Below are positions 28,115 through 32,000 of a stretch of DNA of 32,000 nt, piece after piece. Below the pieces are notes generated by a model. That model ran no database searches. It saw nothing but the letters and a program-made list of their open reading frames with translations, and was not told the origin of the DNA. The translations under genes were made by a program, and so were the position numbers. The stretch is from Candidatus Electronema halotolerans. Lineage in GTDB: Bacteria > Desulfobacterota > Desulfobulbia > Desulfobulbales > Desulfobulbaceae. Where the stretch lies: the NCBI GenBank assembly GCA_942493095.1, contig OW818675.1:3150001-3182000 (forward strand), read 5' to 3'. How positions within the stretch are numbered: position 1 is the first letter of the stretch; every line of letters starts with the position of its first letter.

Positions 28115-31020
28115 ACCCTCCCAGAAATCGGTTGCAGAAAGGCGAGTTGCGCCCGCTTGGTCCGCTGCTGGAGCTGCTGCCTGATCAGCCAGATCAGAGC
28201 CAGTCCGAGCAGGGCCAAGGCATAATTGAGATACTCAATGACCATCTGCTTCTGCTTGCTCATCGGCGCAAGGGTGCGGGAGAAATGGCCGCGTCCCCGG
28301 ATGGCGAGCAGACCCCGGTCTTCGAGCGACCAGTCAACCGCATTGGCCGCAAGCTGCACCGGAGCTAAATAACTGCTGCGCATGACGCTGGAGCTGATGC
28401 CAAGAATCGGGTCGCTGAGGAAACTGCTGGAGGCAAAGAGAATGATCCGGGCTGTGTCTGGCGACTTGTCCAACTGGCGGATGATCACCTGTTCTTTTTT
28501 CTCCTTGTCATCCTTTTTATCACCATCTGATTTCGGCTTTTCCTCGGCCTTGTCATCCTGTTGCAGCAAGGGCGAGGGTTTGCCAGCAAAATAGGAAGCA
28601 AAGCTGCCTTCCACTGCCGCTGCCAGCAGATGCTTTTCCTGTTTGCCCTCAATCGCAAAGCCCAAGTCAGGGTAGCGGTCAAAATCCGGCTGAATCTCAG
28701 TGGAAGAGGAAAGCCAGCTCTTGTCCGAGCTTTCCAGGAGGCGGATGACCTTGCGGCCTTTGTTCTTGGCCTGATCAATGCTGATCGGCGAGGCCCAGTT
28801 CAGGGTGATTTGATTCAGGCCGACTGTGAGACCGCTGTCCTCGTTCATGCCATCCGGGCGGATGTCAGCAAAATACGGATACTTGACTAAATGCGTCTCG
28901 CGCACCGTGAAGCCGCCGATCTGCCGCTCCGCAGGCACTGGAAAGGGACTGTTCTGCAGATCAAGCACCAGCTTTTTATCCATACTGATGCCGTAATGGG
29001 CCAGCCAGTCTTCCAGCCCGGTTTTTTCCGGGGCAATGGACAAAGCACCGTCCAAATTGATCTTATAGGGCGAGGCGGCAATGATCACCGTGCCGCCCTG
29101 CATGAGGAACTGATCAACCGCAAAAAGCTGCTGCTCGTCCAGATTTTCCGGCGCAGCCAGAAGCAGCAGGTCAGCCTCGCTCGGCACCTGACCTTTGCGC
29201 AAATCCGTGTCTTTGACGACATGCTCCTGCGAGAGCACATCCTTCAACGCAGTAAAGGGGAGACCATGTCCCGGCATCCCGAACTGGGGCATGGGCGGAC
29301 TGCTCTCCGGCACGTTCAGAGCCACGGTCTTGGCAAAACCGCTGGCAAAACGCTTCAGCCCGGCTTGCAAGGACTGGCGCAGGCTTTCTTTGGCCAAATC
29401 GTCGGGCAGGGGAATTTCCAGCACCTGCTCGCCGCTGGCCAAGGTGATGTAGAACCAGAAGGTGTTCCGGTCAAAAAGACTGGCGGTCATGGGCTGGAAG
29501 CCGAATTCCTCCTTGATTTTCTGAGCTGTCTTGCCGTTGTCCGCATCCGGGTCAGCCACGCTGTAGCTGAAGCGGCCATTGCTTTCTGCTTTCAAATCCT
29601 TGGCCAGATCAAGCAGATCAGCCTTGAGCTTGCGCAGCTCCTCCGGCAGCAGCTCATCAGGTGAGAAATAGCCGGTCAGGGTCACGGGCTTGCTGATCGA
29701 GCTGAACAGGTCGCCGCCGCCTTGGTAACTGTAGAGTACCTTCTTGATGGCCCGCGTGATGTCATACTCAGGGTTGCGCAGGTCAACATCAAGATTGCGC
29801 TCGTCCTGGGCCTTGACTTCGATGAGGTCGCGGAAGCCGAGCGTCTCAAACTGGTCGCCGTAACGAATCAAGATGTCAAAATAGGAGTTAGTGACCGAGG
29901 CCTGATACTTGCTCGCGGTCTGGAAGGGCACAGGCTGGATGCCGTACTTCTGGCCTGCTTCCTTTTCCAAGTCCGGGTGTTCTGCTGGATCAACAAATTC
30001 CACCCGCACCTTGTCGCCGCCTGCGACAGCGTATTCTGCCAGCAGGTCGCGCAGACGCGGCACCAAGGGAGCCAGCAAAGGATGGGTCTGGGCCGAGAAA
30101 TAGCCTCGGATCAGCAGCGGCTCGCGGAGCTGGTGGAGATAGCTGCGCGTGGCCTCAGAAATGGAATAGATATGCCCCTTGGTTATGTCAGCGCGGATGC
30201 TGTTGAGCGGGGCCAGCCAGAAGTTGGCTGCCAAGAAGTTGGCAATCAGCAGGCCGATGGCGATTTGCCAGCTCTTATGATGGCTGCTGGTTGGATTGTC
30301 CGCCCAGCGGATTTTCTCCAAGCCGTAGATGTTGAGGCTGAGAAAAATTGCCGTGATGCAGATATAATAGTAAATATCGCGCAGGTCGATCACCCCGCGT
30401 GTGATGGATTTGAAGCGCGAGCCGGAGCCGAGCAGTTGCAGGAGTTCCGCGCCTTGGTTGCCAAAAAAGGCGGACAGGGTGTCAGAACCTATCATGTAAA
30501 GCAGGCCGCAGATCAGCGACGCAGCGATCAGGCTGACAATCTGGCTCTCTGACTTGATGCTGACAAAAAGACCGATGGCAATGTATGCCGCAGATAGGCA
30601 GAGCGCGGCCACATAACCGCCTATAACCGGCCCCCAGTCCAGCGGCCCCAAAAAACTCACTGTGATGGCGAGCGGCAGGGTCAGGAGCAGGGCCAAGGCA
30701 ATCAGGCCGAGGCAGGCGAGAAATTTTCCCAAGACCAAAGAGAGAGGCCGCACCGGCGCGGTCAGGAGAAATTCCAAGGTTCCGGCCCGCCGTTCCTCCG
30801 CCCAGATCCGCATGGTGATGGCGGCGGAAAGAAAGATCAGCAGCACGGGCATCCACTCGAACAGCGGGCGAATGTCAGCGATATTTCTGGAGAAGAAGGT
30901 CTCAACCCAGAAAAAGACGAACAGGGAGACTGCCAAAAATGCGCCCAGGACAATAAAGGCTGCCGGACTGCTGAAAAATGCGCCAAACTCCTTTTTGGCG
31001 ACACGTAAAATCGTGCTCAT
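28111..31020 (-). CDS. Fused ABC-2 permease (GldF-like) plus GldG-like auxiliary protein
   Basis: N-terminus MSTILRVAKKEFGAFFSSPAAFIVLGAFL...EERRAGTLEFLLTAPV. C-terminal GldG/ABC-type uncharacterised region 'TRSYLHQLREPLLIRGYFSAQTHPLLAPLVPRLRDLLAEYAVAGGDKVRVEFVDP...LLLLAAPENLDEQQLFAVDQFLMQGGTVIIA'. Confidence 0.92.
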   Translation of the reverse strand: MSTILRVAKKEFGAFFSSPAAFIVLGAFLAVSLFVFFWVETFFSRNIADIRPLFEWMPVLLIFLSAAITMRIWAEERRAGTLEFLLTAPVRPLSLVLGKFLACLGLIALALLLTLPLAITVSFLGPLDWGPVIGGYVAALCLSAAYIAIGLFVSIKSESQIVSLIAASLICGLLYMIGSDTLSAFFGNQGAELLQLLGSGSRFKSITRGVIDLRDIYYYICITAIFLSLNIYGLEKIRWADNPTSSHHKSWQIAIGLLIANFLAANFWLAPLNSIRADITKGHIYSISEATRSYLHQLREPLLIRGYFSAQTHPLLAPLVPRLRDLLAEYAVAGGDKVRVEFVDPAEHPDLEKEAGQKYGIQPVPFQTASKYQASVTNSYFDILIRYGDQFETLGFRDLIEVKAQDERNLDVDLRNPEYDITRAIKKVLYSYQGGGDLFSSISKPVTLTGYFSPDELLPEELRKLKADLLDLAKDLKAESNGRFSYSVADPDADNGKTAQKIKEEFGFQPMTASLFDRNTFWFYITLASGEQVLEIPLPDDLAKESLRQSLQAGLKRFASGFAKTVALNVPESSPPMPQFGMPGHGLPFTALKDVLSQEHVVKDTDLRKGQVPSEADLLLLAAPENLDEQQLFAVDQFLMQGGTVIIAASPYKINLDGALSIAPEKTGLEDWLAHYGISMDKKLVLDLQNSPFPVPAERQIGGFTVRETHLVKYPYFADIRPDGMNEDSGLTVGLNQITLNWASPISIDQAKNKGRKVIRLLESSDKSWLSSSTEIQPDFDRYPDLGFAIEGKQEKHLLAAAVEGSFASYFAGKPSPLLQQDDKAEEKPKSDGDKKDDKEKKEQVIIRQLDKSPDTARIILFASSSFLSDPILGISSSVMRSSYLAPVQLAANAVDWSLEDRGLLAIRGRGHFSRTLAPMSKQKQMVIEYLNYALALLGLALIWLIRQQLQQRTKRAQLAFLQPISGRV

Positions 31021-31035
31021 TGCGTTTTCCTCCTT

Positions 31036-31947
31036 TCAGCCGCTGATCTCGGCGAACACTGTTTCCAAGGTTCTGGTCTCAAAATGCAGGGCATAAAGCG
31101 GCCAGTTCTGCTCCTGCACTGCCTTGGCAATGGCAGCGGCAGCCTCTTTGTTGTCGATGCCGTTGTGCAGCTCCAAGGCAAAAGCACTTTTCCCGGCAGC
31201 AGCTGCCTTGGCGACCTGCGGCAGAGAGCTGAACAGCCGCAGAGCCTGCTCCTGCTCTGCCTTGGTGCTGACCAGCAGCCTGCCGCTCTGGCGCAGTTCG
31301 TCAAGACGGGCATCCAGAGCGACGCAGCCGTTTTTAATGATGATCACCCTGCCGCAAATTGCCTGCACCTCTTGGAGAATATGGGTGGAAATGATCACGG
31401 TGGCGGTCTTGGCCAGCTCGGTGATCAGGCTGCGCATCTGAAGAATCTGGGTCGGATCAAGGCCGTTGGTCGGCTCGTCAAGGATGAGGATTTCCGGCTT
31501 GTGGAGGATGGCTTGAGCCACGCCGACCCGCTGCCGGTAGCCGCGTGACAGGGTGGCAATCGGTTCTGCCGCCTTTGCCGCCAAGGCAGTGCGCTCCACT
31601 GCCTCCCGCACCAGAGCGGGCCGTTCTTTCTCGGCGATGCCGTGCAGGGCGGCGCAGTAGTCAAGATAGCCGAGAATGCTCATCTCCGCGTAAGCTGGGC
31701 AGTTTTCCGGCAGGTAGCCAATCTTTTCCTGGATTTTCCGCCGGTCACTGCTGATGCTCAGGCTGTCAATGCGGATGCTGCCTGCGGTGGGTTCCAGATA
31801 GCCAGTCATCATCTTCATGACCGTGGTCTTGCCTGCGCCGTTGTGGCCGAGCAGACCGACAATTTCACCGGGGCTGATCTCGAACGAGACATTGTTGACC
31901 GCTGTGAAGTCCCCGTATTTTCTGGTCAGTTTTTCAACGTTGATCAT
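31036..31947 (-). CDS. ABC transporter ATP-binding protein (GldA/CcmA-type)
   Basis: Walker A GLLGHNGAGKTT, signature LSRGYRQRVGVAQAI, Walker B ILILDEPTNGLDP. Start MINVEK with GGAG RBS. Confidence 0.97.
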   Translation of the reverse strand: MINVEKLTRKYGDFTAVNNVSFEISPGEIVGLLGHNGAGKTTVMKMMTGYLEPTAGSIRIDSLSISSDRRKIQEKIGYLPENCPAYAEMSILGYLDYCAALHGIAEKERPALVREAVERTALAAKAAEPIATLSRGYRQRVGVAQAILHKPEILILDEPTNGLDPTQILQMRSLITELAKTATVIISTHILQEVQAICGRVIIIKNGCVALDARLDELRQSGRLLVSTKAEQEQALRLFSSLPQVAKAAAAGKSAFALELHNGIDNKEAAAAIAKAVQEQNWPLYALHFETRTLETVFAEISG

Positions 31948-32000
31948 GGGCAATCTCCTCAGATCGTTTTGTTGAACGAAAAAGATTCCCGCTGGAAAAA

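Overview
The window looks like a chromosomal segment from a dissimilatory sulfur-metabolising Desulfobulbales-type bacterium; this lineage call is inferred from gene content only. The conserved backbone is: a full-length two-module HdrA-like flavoprotein (minus strand), a DOMON-like protein, pyrG-cmk, a cobalamin riboswitch followed by a pterin-binding methyltransferase, a Tat-exported DUF882/YcbK protein, a dGTPase-like HD hydrolase, a secreted carboxypeptidase-regulatory-like protein, a flavodoxin-like protein, an RsbRD_N-dsrM-dsrK-dsrJ cluster, a Prc/Tsp-type protease, a DUF1015 protein, and an ABC ATPase / fused GldF-GldG / DUF4340 operon. The accessory signals of most interest are these. 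(1) An ABC-like cassette: a 5'-truncated but open copy of hdrA (about 1.49 kb) lies 5.7 kb from, and in the same orientation as, the full-length gene. The copies flank vapBC and an AT-richer gene for a 1005-aa secreted FISUMP-domain protein. The layout resembles a single-crossover (Campbell-type) integration or degraded tandem duplication, with a TA module that could penalise seamless excision. (2) A HigBA/RelE-type TA pair is bracketed by homologous arrays of short tandem palindromes. (3) A cobalamin riboswitch precedes a Cys-rich 52-aa small ORF with a strong RBS that overlaps (TAATG) the methyltransferase start. (4) dsrMKJ is closed by a strong terminator with no dsrOP. (5) Gene remnants are present, including an orphan thrombospondin type-3 repeat tail. 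I cannot prove any of these is a new system; the direct-repeat/TA/FISUMP arrangement is the strongest candidate.
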